Under the pieces are notes generated by a model. That model was not told where the DNA came from. It was given only the letters and a program-made list of their open reading frames with translations, and did not search any database. From positions 6,165-70,164 of the forward strand of contig JBBREK010000001.1 in assembly GCA_038203025.1 (NCBI GenBank): a stretch of 64,000 bases of DNA, read 5' to 3'. Source of the DNA: Planctomycetota bacterium. Its GTDB lineage: Bacteria > Planctomycetota > UBA11346. This document shows, piece by piece, positions 8,990 through 18,328 of the stretch. The translations under genes and the position numbers were made by a program. Every line of letters starts with the position of its first letter. The stretch's first letter is position 1.

Positions 8990-10356
8990 CTGGTCTCCCG
9001 CACATCACGCCAGAAACGTCTGAGCGCATGCACGCTGGTGAGGATGACCAGCACGCCAACGCCAGCGCAGGTCGGGAGATTGCTCTTGGCGCAGGTGCAG
9101 GCGATGACGCCGGCGGCGATCACCGGCAGGATGGCGGCGTAGTCGAGCTGGACGGGGCAATATCGCCGGCTGCTACCGGCCACTAGCAACAGTCCACTGG
9201 CGGATCCCGCCAGCGTGGCGATGGCTGCGCCCTGCGGACCTAGCGCCGGCACCAGCAGTGCCGCACACGTGACCGCGCACAGTGCCGAGATGATGGCACA
9301 CAGGGTTGCGATCCCGGTCCGCTTTGCCAGTTCAAGACCGGGGAAGCACGCCGCCGCGGCCATCAGGATGGTACTCCAGGCTAGCGGACCGGCGAGATCC
9401 AGCGTGGAGCCGTAGCCAGAGTGCAGCATGGAGGTCGGCAGGTGCGGCAACAGCAGTGCGGTAAGCGAAGCGATGCTGCCGGCGCTGCCGATCAGGCCGG
9501 TCAGCATGATGCCGGAGGTCCTGCCTGCGGCCGGCGCCGAACCATCCCGGTACAGCAGTGGCGGAAGCACGGTCTGCATCGAAGCGGCAATGATTCCGGC
9601 CGGCAGAGCCATCCGCCAAGCGAAGGCATACGCACCCAGTTCTTCGACCGGCCGGGTGGAGGCTAGAATGGCGCGGTCGCACCATTGGGCTGTCCACCAG
9701 GCAAGCGATCCGGGCAGCAGTGGCGCGGCATAGGCGCACATCTCCATCCACTCGGTGCGTTTCGGCCGGCGCAGGACTGAACAGCCGCTGCCGGCAAGGC
9801 CGGTGGCGCCGGCTAGTGCGAAGGCGGCGGTCTGGGCATGGAGCAGGCCAGCGCCGCCGAGTCCGAGATGTCCCACCAGGATTCCGCAACCAACGAACAG
9901 CACAACCCCCTGTACGAGCGCTGTGCGCGACCAGTGGGCATGCGCGTTCTCGGCACGCAACTGCTGCTGGACCGCTGTGTAAAAGCCGAAGCTGATCGCA
10001 GCCGGCAGCGCCTGCCAGGCGAGGTGCGGAGCGTGATGAAGCAGCACTGCGGCTATTGCCATCGCGCAGAGTGTGCAGGCCGACAGCCAGGGCCAGAACG
10101 CCGTGGCGCACAGGGTCTCGCGGCCTGCCGTCGTCTTGCTACCAGGCAGTAGGCGCAGCAGTCCCTGTTGGGTCTCCAGGGTCAGAATGGCGGCGCCGGC
10201 CTGCAGCAGCAGTGGTAGGAGATCGATCACGCCGAGATCGGCGGGATCTACCCCTACGGCGATCCAGCCGACTGAACCGAAAGCGAACGCGCGTCCCAGT
10301 AGTCGAATGCCGATCTGGCCGGTGCAGGCGCGGAGCGCATCGTTGACCGTTGTCAT
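8986..10356 (-). CDS. wzx: Polysaccharide-biosynthesis flippase (Wzx/MOP superfamily).
   Basis: About 12 predicted hydrophobic helices. Sits in the middle of a glycan cluster. The start was set at the ATG (MTTVNDALRAC) that overlaps the upstream stop as ATGA. Confidence 0.6.
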   Translation of the reverse strand: MTTVNDALRACTGQIGIRLLGRAFAFGSVGWIAVGVDPADLGVIDLLPLLLQAGAAILTLETQQGLLRLLPGSKTTAGRETLCATAFWPWLSACTLCAMAIAAVLLHHAPHLAWQALPAAISFGFYTAVQQQLRAENAHAHWSRTALVQGVVLFVGCGILVGHLGLGGAGLLHAQTAAFALAGATGLAGSGCSVLRRPKRTEWMEMCAYAAPLLPGSLAWWTAQWCDRAILASTRPVEELGAYAFAWRMALPAGIIAASMQTVLPPLLYRDGSAPAAGRTSGIMLTGLIGSAGSIASLTALLLPHLPTSMLHSGYGSTLDLAGPLAWSTILMAAAACFPGLELAKRTGIATLCAIISALCAVTCAALLVPALGPQGAAIATLAGSASGLLLVAGSSRRYCPVQLDYAAILPVIAAGVIACTCAKSNLPTCAGVGVLVILTSVHALRRFWRDVRETR

Positions 10357-11609
10357 AGCGGCGCGTCGTCGAGGAGAGTGGCTGCGATGACCGGTACATG
10401 GTCCAATCCCAGGGCAGCGCGACCCCATCTCGTGGCGAGACGCTGGGCGACTGTGCGAGCCTCCTCTGGATCGAGGCCGTAGCCCCAGGCGTAGCGGAGA
10501 GTTGCTGGGTCTGTCAGCCATTGCTGCGGCGGTGCGACGGCGGCGCGGATGAGTCGGCGCGATACCGCTGCTGCCGACCACTGCGTGTCGGCGAAGGCCT
10601 GGCAACGTCGGCCCATGGCACGCAGGGCGGCGAGGTCGTCAATGGCGGCGCGGGTAGTGCGTTCCAGATCCGGTGGCAGGCAGTAGTAACCTGGCGGCAT
10701 CCCCGTCTGCACGAGGTCCCTTCGCGCCTGCTCAGCGTACCAACCGGAGACGATGGTTGGTACGCCGAGGGCTGCCGCTTCGCAGCCGAGCCCACCCAAA
10801 GGTGCGTCGGCGTGCGTTTCGTCGATGACAAGGTCGGCATCTGCCAGCGCCTCAAGAACGCGGTGGTTGGTCACACCGATCAGTTCTATCAGCGTGATCT
10901 GACGGCCTTCTGCGATCAGGGTGCGGATGATGCGGCGGATTTCGGCAGAGCCCTTGATTCGCGGTCTGGTGGGTGCGTGGACGATGCGTATGGCAGCGTG
11001 GTCGTCCCCGAAGCGACGTTGGATGGCAACCCTCCTGATAGGGAATCCGATCGCCCAGAACGAGACGAAGCGCCGGCGCATCAGTAGCGCCTGCGGTTGG
11101 GTGTTCACCAGGGTTTCGCCGCTCTCCTCTACCTGGCTGAGGAGTCGCAGCAGCCTCCGGGTCTGCCGCAGCAGACTGCGGTCGCTGACCCCCAGTTCCT
11201 TGACCTGGATGCCGTTGAGGAACGGGGGACGGATATCAGATCCGAGAAAGACGCGGATGATTCGGCAGCCACAAGCGCGTAGGATCATCCCATCGATGCG
11301 GACGCTGATAAGGCACGAGAATCCGGTCAGAATGGCCAACCGATGGCGCCGCGACACCCAGACCAGCAGCCACAGCGCCAGCGGCGATGTGGCTGCGATG
11401 CAGGCCGTGCGGGCGAAGCGGCCACGGCAGTCGCGTCGCAGTCTGGCGAGCGCACGTGCGAAGCGCTCCATTCGACCCTCCGCTTGGCGGTAGCCCCAGC
11501 GTCCACTGCCGAGATCACAGATCGTTGCGGCCAAGCCCAGCTCGCCGAGGCCCGTCCGGATCGCCGTGAGATAGCCGGCTATCTCCTCGAACCCCAGCAG
11601 AATCCGCAT
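10353..11609 (-). CDS. Hypothetical protein with a GT1-fold C-terminal half (putative glycosyltransferase).
   Basis: Contains KGSAEIRRIIRTL...ELIGVTNHRVLEALADADLVIDE...GGLGCEAAALGVPTI, which resembles the GT4 C-terminal Rossmann half. It is embedded in the operon. Confidence 0.4.
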   Translation of the reverse strand: MRILLGFEEIAGYLTAIRTGLGELGLAATICDLGSGRWGYRQAEGRMERFARALARLRRDCRGRFARTACIAATSPLALWLLVWVSRRHRLAILTGFSCLISVRIDGMILRACGCRIIRVFLGSDIRPPFLNGIQVKELGVSDRSLLRQTRRLLRLLSQVEESGETLVNTQPQALLMRRRFVSFWAIGFPIRRVAIQRRFGDDHAAIRIVHAPTRPRIKGSAEIRRIIRTLIAEGRQITLIELIGVTNHRVLEALADADLVIDETHADAPLGGLGCEAAALGVPTIVSGWYAEQARRDLVQTGMPPGYYCLPPDLERTTRAAIDDLAALRAMGRRCQAFADTQWSAAAVSRRLIRAAVAPPQQWLTDPATLRYAWGYGLDPEEARTVAQRLATRWGRAALGLDHVPVIAATLLDDAPL

Positions 11610-11610
11610 G

Positions 11611-12768
11611 TCAGATGTCGGTCCGGCTGGTGTACTTCTCGTAGAAGCTGCGTGGAACCCGATTGGTCTTGTACATTAGCCAGAAGAAGGGGCGGAGGAT
11701 CTCGAAGGTCCGCTTGTAGGTCTTGTAATCGCGAAAGGTGCGGTGCGGCCGTGATACGACGGCTTCCAGGTCGGTATCGGTGAATCCGAAACGCTTCTTG
11801 ACCAGATTGAGGATCCCCGGATCGCATCGTGGCGGTTCTGAGAGTTCGGCGAGGGCAGCGCCCCGGCCCAGCTGCCCGCTGCGCACCATGGCTGCGTGGC
11901 CATTGATACGCGTGTCGCGCCCGTAGCGATTCCAGATGTACCACGTATGGTAGAAGTTGGTGAAGCGGTTCTCCAGGTGGTGTCCGCCGTACCAGGTCCA
12001 GCCGAATTCCTCGTGGAGCTGGCGTTTGGCCTCCTCTTTGTCGTAATCCATCCAGTAGAGTGGACGGACCTTCTGCGCTCGGCTCCACAGCATGAAGCGC
12101 ATGAAGCGCCCCATCGTCAGGTTTGGGAAGGTGCGCAGGCGATGCGACCCGAAGTTGCCATGCCGCGCAACGACGCTGTTGATATAGCGTCCATCCATGT
12201 AGATCCAACCCAGTGGCCAGACGCCCTCGGTGCGGAAGCTGTGCCCTTCGAACTGCCAGCGGATGCCGTGCCGCTCGGCGGCGAGGTACAAGGTGGTTGC
12301 CAGACCGATGTCTGTGGGGCATTCGATATCTGGGACGCCCGACAGCAGGAAGGCCCGCTGGATGTCGAGCATTTCGGCGTTGTCTGCGACTGTGGTATCG
12401 AGGTCGACGTTGAGCTTGCCGACGACCTTGTGAATGTTGGCGGTCGCCGTGGCTGAGTTCCACGTGTTGTCAAAGTGCACCGCAAGCGGTCGCAGGCCGA
12501 GCTGTACGGCCTTCCACAGCAGGTAGGAGCTATCGCACCCGCCACTGACGCCAACGATGACGTCGTACTTTCGGCCTCGACCGTCGGCGCGGATTCGGTC
12601 GGCCAACTGCTGTAGATGCGCGGCCCCGGCCGGGCCGGTGGGATATTCCCGGTCCATCGAGTCGGAGAGTCGGCAGTAGTTGCAGACGCCGTGGTCGTCG
12701 AACGAGATCGCCGGCGTCGAGGCATCGTACAAGCAGCGGGCGCATCGCCCATCGTCATGCAGGCTCAT
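11611..12768 (-). CDS. wbuX: N-acetyl-sugar amidotransferase (PP-loop ATPase of the WbuX/WbpG/PseA family).
   Basis: Has the SGGCDSS PP-loop and an N-terminal Cys cluster (CARCLY..CNYC). It lies immediately downstream of HisH/HisF paralogues. The start ATG overlaps the hisF-like stop (ATGA). Confidence 0.75.
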   Translation of the reverse strand: MSLHDDGRCARCLYDASTPAISFDDHGVCNYCRLSDSMDREYPTGPAGAAHLQQLADRIRADGRGRKYDVIVGVSGGCDSSYLLWKAVQLGLRPLAVHFDNTWNSATATANIHKVVGKLNVDLDTTVADNAEMLDIQRAFLLSGVPDIECPTDIGLATTLYLAAERHGIRWQFEGHSFRTEGVWPLGWIYMDGRYINSVVARHGNFGSHRLRTFPNLTMGRFMRFMLWSRAQKVRPLYWMDYDKEEAKRQLHEEFGWTWYGGHHLENRFTNFYHTWYIWNRYGRDTRINGHAAMVRSGQLGRGAALAELSEPPRCDPGILNLVKKRFGFTDTDLEAVVSRPHRTFRDYKTYKRTFEILRPFFWLMYKTNRVPRSFYEKYTSRTDI

Positions 12769-13520
12769 CGACCGGACCCCGGTGGTACGGCGGATTCCGA
12801 GGCGATACCCGACGTATCCGGGACATGGATAAGCACCGAGCGGTTGCCGCCTTGGAAGACTACCATCGACCCCAGTGCAACGGCATTGGCGCCGGCAGCA
12901 AAGGCCTGGACCAAGTGGTCGATGGTTCCCGCACCGCCGGAGGCGATCACGGGAAGATCTGTGCTCGATGCGGCTAGACGCACCAGGTCGCAATCGAAGC
13001 CACGCCTGGTGCCGTCGCGTTCAGCCGAGGTGACGAGTAGCTCGCCGCAACCAGCTGCCGCGGCATGGGCGATGGCCTCCGGGATGCCCACATTGAATTG
13101 GGCGACGCAATTCTCGCGTCGCCAAGGTGGGCCACGCCGTACCACATCGAGCGACGCGATGACTGCTTGTGATCCCCAGCGCGAGGCGATGGCGCGGACG
13201 ATCCCGGGATCCTGGCTGAGCAGGGTGCCGACGACCACCTTCTCGATGCCGCAGGCGAAGACCGCTTCGGCATCTGTCAGGCTGCGGATGCCGCCGCCAT
13301 AGGCGATCGGCATGAAGCATTCCTGGGCGATCTGCAGTAGCAAAGCGATGTTGGGGCTATCGCTGCGGATGTCTGTCACCAGTAGTTCGTCGATCTCAAA
13401 GTCGTTGAAGATCCGCACCGTGTTGACTGGGTCTCCGACATAGGACGGGTCCGCGAAGGCGCGCGTCTTGACGAGTCGGCTGTCCATGATCTGCAGGGAT
13501 GGGATTATTCGCCGACTCAT
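12765..13520 (-). CDS. wbuZ: Imidazole-glycerol-phosphate synthase cyclase-subunit paralogue (HisF-like, WbuZ-type).
   Basis: TIM-barrel HisF motifs are present (DELLVTDI, GGGIRS, VIASGGAG). It is coupled to HisH-like and the amidotransferase and does not sit in a his operon. Confidence 0.75.
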   Translation of the reverse strand: MSRRIIPSLQIMDSRLVKTRAFADPSYVGDPVNTVRIFNDFEIDELLVTDIRSDSPNIALLLQIAQECFMPIAYGGGIRSLTDAEAVFACGIEKVVVGTLLSQDPGIVRAIASRWGSQAVIASLDVVRRGPPWRRENCVAQFNVGIPEAIAHAAAAGCGELLVTSAERDGTRRGFDCDLVRLAASSTDLPVIASGGAGTIDHLVQAFAAGANAVALGSMVVFQGGNRSVLIHVPDTSGIASESAVPPGSGR

Positions 13521-14134
13521 GTCGGCTCCCAGGTGGCGAAGCGGCGGAGGAGTCCCATGCCATGGCGATGGCTCTTCTCGGGATGAAACTGGACGGCAGC
13601 GATATTGCCCGTGGAGAACATGGCCATCGGTGAACCGCCATCGTCGGCCGAGGCGACGCCGAGTGTAGGATCGTCGAGCACGACATGATAGGCATGGCAA
13701 AAGTAGAAGCGGTGCGGTCCCGCTTCGGGTGGCAGCAGGGCATGGCTGCGCAGCACGGCGATTCCGGCCCAGCCCATGTGCGGCACCCGCAATCGCACAG
13801 AGGCATCGGGGATGAGCCTTGCCGACCGACCGCGGACCAGTGCAAGTCCGGGCAGCACACCTTCCTCGCTGGCCTCGGCGAGGATCTGCATGCCCAGGCA
13901 GATGCCCAGCGTCGGGGCTCCGCGCTGGACGGCATCGCGGATGCCGTCTGCCAGGCCCGTCGATCCCAACCGTGCCATGACATGATCGAAGGCTCCGACG
14001 CCGGGGATGATCAGCCTGTCGGCTCCGGCAATGGCCAGCGGATCACTGCTGACCTGGCAGGCGGCGCCGATGTGGTCAAGCATGTTGATGAGGGCGGCGG
14101 GATTGCCCGCTCCGTGGTCGACGACGGTGATCAC
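13517..14134 (-). CDS. wbuY: Glutamine-amidotransferase subunit paralogue (HisH-like, WbuY-type).
   Basis: A class-I glutamine amidotransferase with GICLGMQ (catalytic Cys) and HPEKS (His). It has a GTG start overlapping the acetyltransferase stop as GTGA. Confidence 0.75.
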   Translation of the reverse strand: MITVVDHGAGNPAALINMLDHIGAACQVSSDPLAIAGADRLIIPGVGAFDHVMARLGSTGLADGIRDAVQRGAPTLGICLGMQILAEASEEGVLPGLALVRGRSARLIPDASVRLRVPHMGWAGIAVLRSHALLPPEAGPHRFYFCHAYHVVLDDPTLGVASADDGGSPMAMFSTGNIAAVQFHPEKSHRHGMGLLRRFATWEPT

Positions 14135-14670
14135 GGTCGGCCAACCTGCCGCAGGCGCAGGATCCGCGCGGGGTTGCCAACGGCCACGGCCAGGGCCGGG
14201 ACGGACTGCGTCACGACAGCGCCGGCGCCGATCTGCGCGCCGTCACCGATGGTGACGCCCGGCAGGATGATGGCGCCGCAACCGAGGTCGGCACCGTCGC
14301 CGATCACGACTGCAGCGAACTGCAGCGGGGCATCGAGGATCATCGCATGTCCGCCATCGATGTCGTGGGAGGAGGTCAAGATTTTGACCCCAGATCCGAG
14401 GCCGACGCGCCGCCCGATGCGGATTCCGCCTGCGGCATGCAGATGGCAGTCGGGGCCGATCCAGGCTCCGTCGCTGATGGTGATGCCCTCCCGCCAGTAG
14501 CCGTTGATGCTGGTGCGATGGCCGATGTAGACGCCGGCGCCGATGCGGATGCAGGCAGGATTGAACAGCAGGACCCCGGTCTCGATGATCGTTCCGGCGC
14601 CCAGTCCCCCTAGTTCTGCGGGACTCCAAGCGCCGTCGCCGTGACTTTGTGGGACGGCCGGATCAGGCAT
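14131..14670 (-). CDS. Sugar N-acetyltransferase with left-handed beta-helix hexapeptide repeats.
   Basis: Contains repeated [LIV]GxxxxIxxxAx[IV] hexapeptides (IGDGADLGCGAIILPGVTIGDGAQIGAGAVV). The ATG at 14670 overlaps the aminotransferase stop by 8 bp. Confidence 0.65.
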   Translation of the reverse strand: MPDPAVPQSHGDGAWSPAELGGLGAGTIIETGVLLFNPACIRIGAGVYIGHRTSINGYWREGITISDGAWIGPDCHLHAAGGIRIGRRVGLGSGVKILTSSHDIDGGHAMILDAPLQFAAVVIGDGADLGCGAIILPGVTIGDGAQIGAGAVVTQSVPALAVAVGNPARILRLRQVGRP

Positions 14671-15796
14671 TGGGGGCTTCCAGAGCTGCGCCCAGAGCCG
14701 CGGCGATGGCGCGGACATCGGTCTCGGTCAGCCGGGGATGCATGGGCAGGCTCAGTGCGTGGGTGCTGAAGCGGTGGCTTCCGGGGTGGTCTTCGGGGCG
14801 ATGACCGCCCGTCTCGCGATACCAACGTGTCATCGGCTGATTGTACGTGCCGATGCCGCATTCGATGCCCTGTCGTCGCAGCGAGGCGATCACGACATCG
14901 CGGTGATCAGCTTCATCAAGTTGTACGACATGGGATTGCCACGCGGGTTGCGACGCAGGGGGCGGGCATGGCAGTCGAATGCCTGGCGAACGCACGTGTT
15001 CAGCATACAGCGCGGCGACCCGGCGGCGAGCCGAGAGGATTGCGTCGAATCGACGCATCTGGCTGGTGCCGAGGGCAGCCTGTGCTTCGGTCATGCGGTA
15101 ATTCAGGCCAGGGAGGATGAACTCTGGGCTGCTTCCTGCCGGGTCGAGGCCATGGTTGCGCAGGGCGCGCACCCGCCGCATCAGTCCCGGATTGCTCGCC
15201 GCCACTGCTCCGCCCTCGCCGGTGGTGATGGATTTGCGCGGGTGGAAACTGAAGGCGGCAAGGACTCCGAAGGTGCCGGCGGCACGGCCGTCCCGGCGGG
15301 CCCCCAGTGCGCAGGCGGCGTCCTCGACGAGCGGTATGCCGGCGGTTTCGCATAGTTGCTCTATGGTGGAGGCGTCCGCCATGGCGCCAAAAGCGTGGAC
15401 TAGCAGGACGGCCTGGACCGACGTCGTCGCCAGAACCGTCTGCAGCGCCAGTGGGTCCATGTTGCCGTCCTGTGGCGAGCAGTCGACGAAGACGGGCTGA
15501 TGGCCACTGGCGACGATGGCGTTGGCGCTGGCCGGCCATGACAGAGCGGACACCGCGATCCGGCTACCGGGGGGCAGATCTAGGGCCAGGATTGACAGGT
15601 GCAGTGCGGCCGTTCCGCTCGACACCACTGCCACCGCGCGGTTGGCGAGGGTCGCGCTCAACGCCGACTCGAAGGCCGCCACCTGCGCGCCCTGGACCAG
15701 CCAGCCGGACGCCCAGACAGCGTCCGCCGCCGCCCGATCCTCCGCCGTGAGATCTGGCAGCGCCAGTCTGATGCGGAACTCCTCCGGTGCGTCCAT
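14663..15796 (-). CDS. DegT/DnrJ/EryC1/StrS-family sugar aminotransferase (PLP-dependent).
   Basis: Has the conserved AFSFHPRKSITTGEGG (PLP-Lys) motif and VEDAACALGA. Confidence 0.8.
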   Translation of the reverse strand: MDAPEEFRIRLALPDLTAEDRAAADAVWASGWLVQGAQVAAFESALSATLANRAVAVVSSGTAALHLSILALDLPPGSRIAVSALSWPASANAIVASGHQPVFVDCSPQDGNMDPLALQTVLATTSVQAVLLVHAFGAMADASTIEQLCETAGIPLVEDAACALGARRDGRAAGTFGVLAAFSFHPRKSITTGEGGAVAASNPGLMRRVRALRNHGLDPAGSSPEFILPGLNYRMTEAQAALGTSQMRRFDAILSARRRVAALYAEHVRSPGIRLPCPPPASQPAWQSHVVQLDEADHRDVVIASLRRQGIECGIGTYNQPMTRWYRETGGHRPEDHPGSHRFSTHALSLPMHPRLTETDVRAIAAALGAALEAPNA

Positions 15797-15797
15797 G

Positions 15798-16766
15798 CTA
15801 GTCCAGGCCCGCAGTCAGCCGGATGCCCTGTTCAAGGTCGATGCGAGCTTCGAAGCCGATGAGTTCGCGGGCCTTGCGGACCGAGGGAATGCGCAACTCG
15901 ACATCGGCGTAGTCACGATGGACGAAGTTGATGGGGGAGGAGCTGCCCAGCACCCGTACAACGGTGGATGCGAGTCCGTAGATAGTGGTTACGGCGGTGG
16001 CGTTGCCGATGTTGAAGGATTCACCTACGGCCTTTGGGTGAGTCAGGGCCGCCATCACACCATCGACCATGTCATCGACGTAGCACCAGGCTCGGATCTG
16101 CGTCCCGTCGCCATGGATCTCGATGGGCTGGCCCAGTTTGGCCTGACTGATGAAGGTGCGCAGAGCGCCCTCGCCGACTTGGCCCGGACCATAGACGTTG
16201 AATGGTCGTACGATGGTGGTGGGTAGGCCCCGTTCGCGGTGATAGGCAATCGCCAGATGCTCCTCCGCGACTTTGCTTACGGCGTAGCTCCAGCGTGCCT
16301 CGCCGACAGCGCCGATCACTGCCGGTGCGAGTTCCGAGGAGCGGAAGGCCATCGATCCGAATACTTCGCTGGTCGAGAAGCACACGACGCGGTGGATGTT
16401 CGCCGCCCGGCTGGCCTCCTCCAGCACGGTAGCAGAGCCGAGGATATTAACACGCAACGTGGAGACCGGGCTCTTGATGACGGTGTCGATGCCGGCGATG
16501 GCGGCACAGTGGACCACGGTGTCGCACCCCGACATCGCTTCGCGCACCGCATCCTGATCCAGCACGTCTCCCCGGATGATGCGCACATTGGGGTGTGACG
16601 CGACAGGCAGACCGCTGATCCTGTCGCGTCTGAAATTATCCAGCACCACGATGCGGTTATCTAGGACAAGGCGCTCGGCTAGCGTGCTGCCGATGAATCC
16701 AGCGCCCCCGGTGATCAGAATCGTATGGCCGGAGAAATCCGCGCTACCTGGGCTCCGTGCATGCAT
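15798..16766 (-). CDS. NAD-dependent nucleotide-sugar epimerase/dehydratase (extended SDR). It is the first gene of the polysaccharide operon.
   Basis: Has ILITGGAGFIGS (Rossmann fold) and the YAVSK catalytic motif. A 420-bp non-coding region lies upstream. Confidence 0.8.
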   Translation of the reverse strand: MHARSPGSADFSGHTILITGGAGFIGSTLAERLVLDNRIVVLDNFRRDRISGLPVASHPNVRIIRGDVLDQDAVREAMSGCDTVVHCAAIAGIDTVIKSPVSTLRVNILGSATVLEEASRAANIHRVVCFSTSEVFGSMAFRSSELAPAVIGAVGEARWSYAVSKVAEEHLAIAYHRERGLPTTIVRPFNVYGPGQVGEGALRTFISQAKLGQPIEIHGDGTQIRAWCYVDDMVDGVMAALTHPKAVGESFNIGNATAVTTIYGLASTVVRVLGSSSPINFVHRDYADVELRIPSVRKARELIGFEARIDLEQGIRLTAGLD

Positions 16767-17188
16767 TACCGGACTATGCAGGGGAAGTTGGGCCTAGGAA
16801 GCGCACAGTCTGGCGAGAGATTCTGGTGATTCAGGTAGCGGCCAACAGAGGAACGCTGGCCAAGTGGGCCGTGCCCGAGCAGCGATCTCCCCGGCAGAGG
16901 CGTGGGCATCAGCGATCAACCGCGTGCGGTCGACCTCATTCGTTGGTCTGCCGCAGCACCAGGACTCCGCCGCTGAGCAGACCCGCCTTCCGCTGCCGCT
17001 GTGGTAACGATTTCCCACATCCAGCGGCGTTCAGCGCCTGTCTGGTCCGGTTGTAGACGGGTACCTGTACTGTGCGTGTGGGTACACGCAGAGCCAGGTC
17101 GGCTTGTGCGGCGATCGTGTCGACGATGTTGGGGAGTATGCAGCCACAGCTGACGTGGGCAAAGCAGACAGGACGGTCGCGCAGGCGG

Positions 17189-17599
17189 TCACCTCGCCAG
17201 CGTCGTCTCAGCCCGTCCTGCTGCCACCGCCGCCAGCACCGCCCGGTGCCAGGGGCTCAGCGGCAGGGCGTCCAGGCTGGGCCACGGGGCCCACAGGGGG
17301 ACGACGCCGGCTTCGCAGACGATGGGTGAGCCATCAAAGGGGCAGCGGAAGAAGCGGGCGATCCACGCGCCGTCGCGGCCGCGTAGGTCGCAGCAGGGGG
17401 TGGCGGCGAGTGGATGCCAGGCCAACTCTTCGCGCATTTCCCGCTGCAGGGCCTGCTCAGCCGTCTCGGCCGCTTCGCGACCACCGCCGAAGCAGGTCAG
17501 CGCGGCGGCTGCCCGCCGGGCGTCGTGGGCACGCAGTTCCAGCAGCAGCCGGCCGCGGCCGTCCTCGATCACGGCGCAGGCGTAGCGCGGCTGGTTCAG
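17189..17599 (-). CDS. Nudix hydrolase. The start is uncertain because there is no in-frame ATG.
   Basis: Nudix box GGGREAAETAEQALQREMREELAW (GX5EX7REUXEEXGU). The nearest candidate start is a CTG at 17599 that overlaps the upstream stop as CTGA. The 320-aa ORF-track version is an antisense extension. Confidence 0.5.
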   Translation of the reverse strand: MNQPRYACAVIEDGRGRLLLELRAHDARRAAAALTCFGGGREAAETAEQALQREMREELAWHPLAATPCCDLRGRDGAWIARFFRCPFDGSPIVCEAGVVPLWAPWPSLDALPLSPWHRAVLAAVAAGRAETTLAR

Positions 17600-17829
17600 C
17601 GGATGCCCGCCTGGTCGAGCATCTCGGCGATGCGCCTGAGCGCCTGCCGTGCGGTCGGCTGGTGCACGGCGATGACCTCGCACAGCGCGCCGAGCAGGAC
17701 CAGTTCGTCCAGGCCACGCTGCTCCTGCAGCTGGGCGAGGCCGTGCAGCAGGACGCGGGCGGTCACCGGCTTGAGGTTTTTCAGCTTTTTCGTGGGCTTG
17801 GCGCGTTTGTCGGGTTTTGCCTTGGCCAT
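17596..17829 (-). CDS. Small (77 aa) protein with a Lys-rich N-terminal tail (MAKAKPDKRAKPTKKLKNLKP) and a helical C-terminal half; possibly DNA-binding.
   Basis: Starts with ATG. Its stop overlaps the candidate Nudix start. Its N-terminus resembles that of the HU-like protein at 25671..26039. Confidence 0.4.
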   Translation of the reverse strand: MAKAKPDKRAKPTKKLKNLKPVTARVLLHGLAQLQEQRGLDELVLLGALCEVIAVHQPTARQALRRIAEMLDQAGIR

Positions 17830-17914
17830 GACGTTCTCCTGGCGTGGCATTACCGTTGAAGCCGTCCCGGCACAAGCGATTGAGCCATGCGGCGGGCGGA
17901 GTAGGGATGTCTCC

Positions 17915-18319
17915 ATGGCCGACCTGGTGACCATCGGACAGCTCAGCGGACTGGTCGAGGACCAGTTCCGCCTGCTCAGCCACCTCGAGGACAACCCCGG
18001 ACTGGTGCCGCCCTACGATCCGATCTTCCCCGAGCGCAATCAGGTGGAGTGCAGGATCGCTGGCGAGCCGTGGTCGATCACCGTCACTCGGACCTGCTGG
18101 GAATGCTGCCACCGCGAGGCCGGTCGCACGGTCGTGCTGCACAGCGACCATCCGTCGCCGTTCGACTTCCAGCCCGGAGCGTTGCTGCGCTATGTGTTGT
18201 CACTGGATGCGGATTCGCGGCTCAACGATATGGTGATCGACAACTGGATACTCAAGTTCGTCATCGCCGGTAGGCTGGCGAAGTCGCGGCATAAGCTGGG
18301 GTATTATACGTTCGGGTGA
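17915..18319 (+). CDS. Hypothetical 134-aa protein with a Cys cluster (CWECCH).
   Basis: ATG at 17915 with balanced composition. The longer ORF-track version (17414) has a junk N-terminus. Confidence 0.4.
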   Translation: MADLVTIGQLSGLVEDQFRLLSHLEDNPGLVPPYDPIFPERNQVECRIAGEPWSITVTRTCWECCHREAGRTVVLHSDHPSPFDFQPGALLRYVLSLDADSRLNDMVIDNWILKFVIAGRLAKSRHKLGYYTFG

Positions 18320-18328
18320 AGACGATTT

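Noticed and set aside
17150-17170. CAGGCGGTCACCT at about 17160, which matches 13 bp of the vapBC flanking repeat.
   Set aside because: The match is short and does not extend. It is probably chance in a 70% GC genome and was not counted as a third copy.
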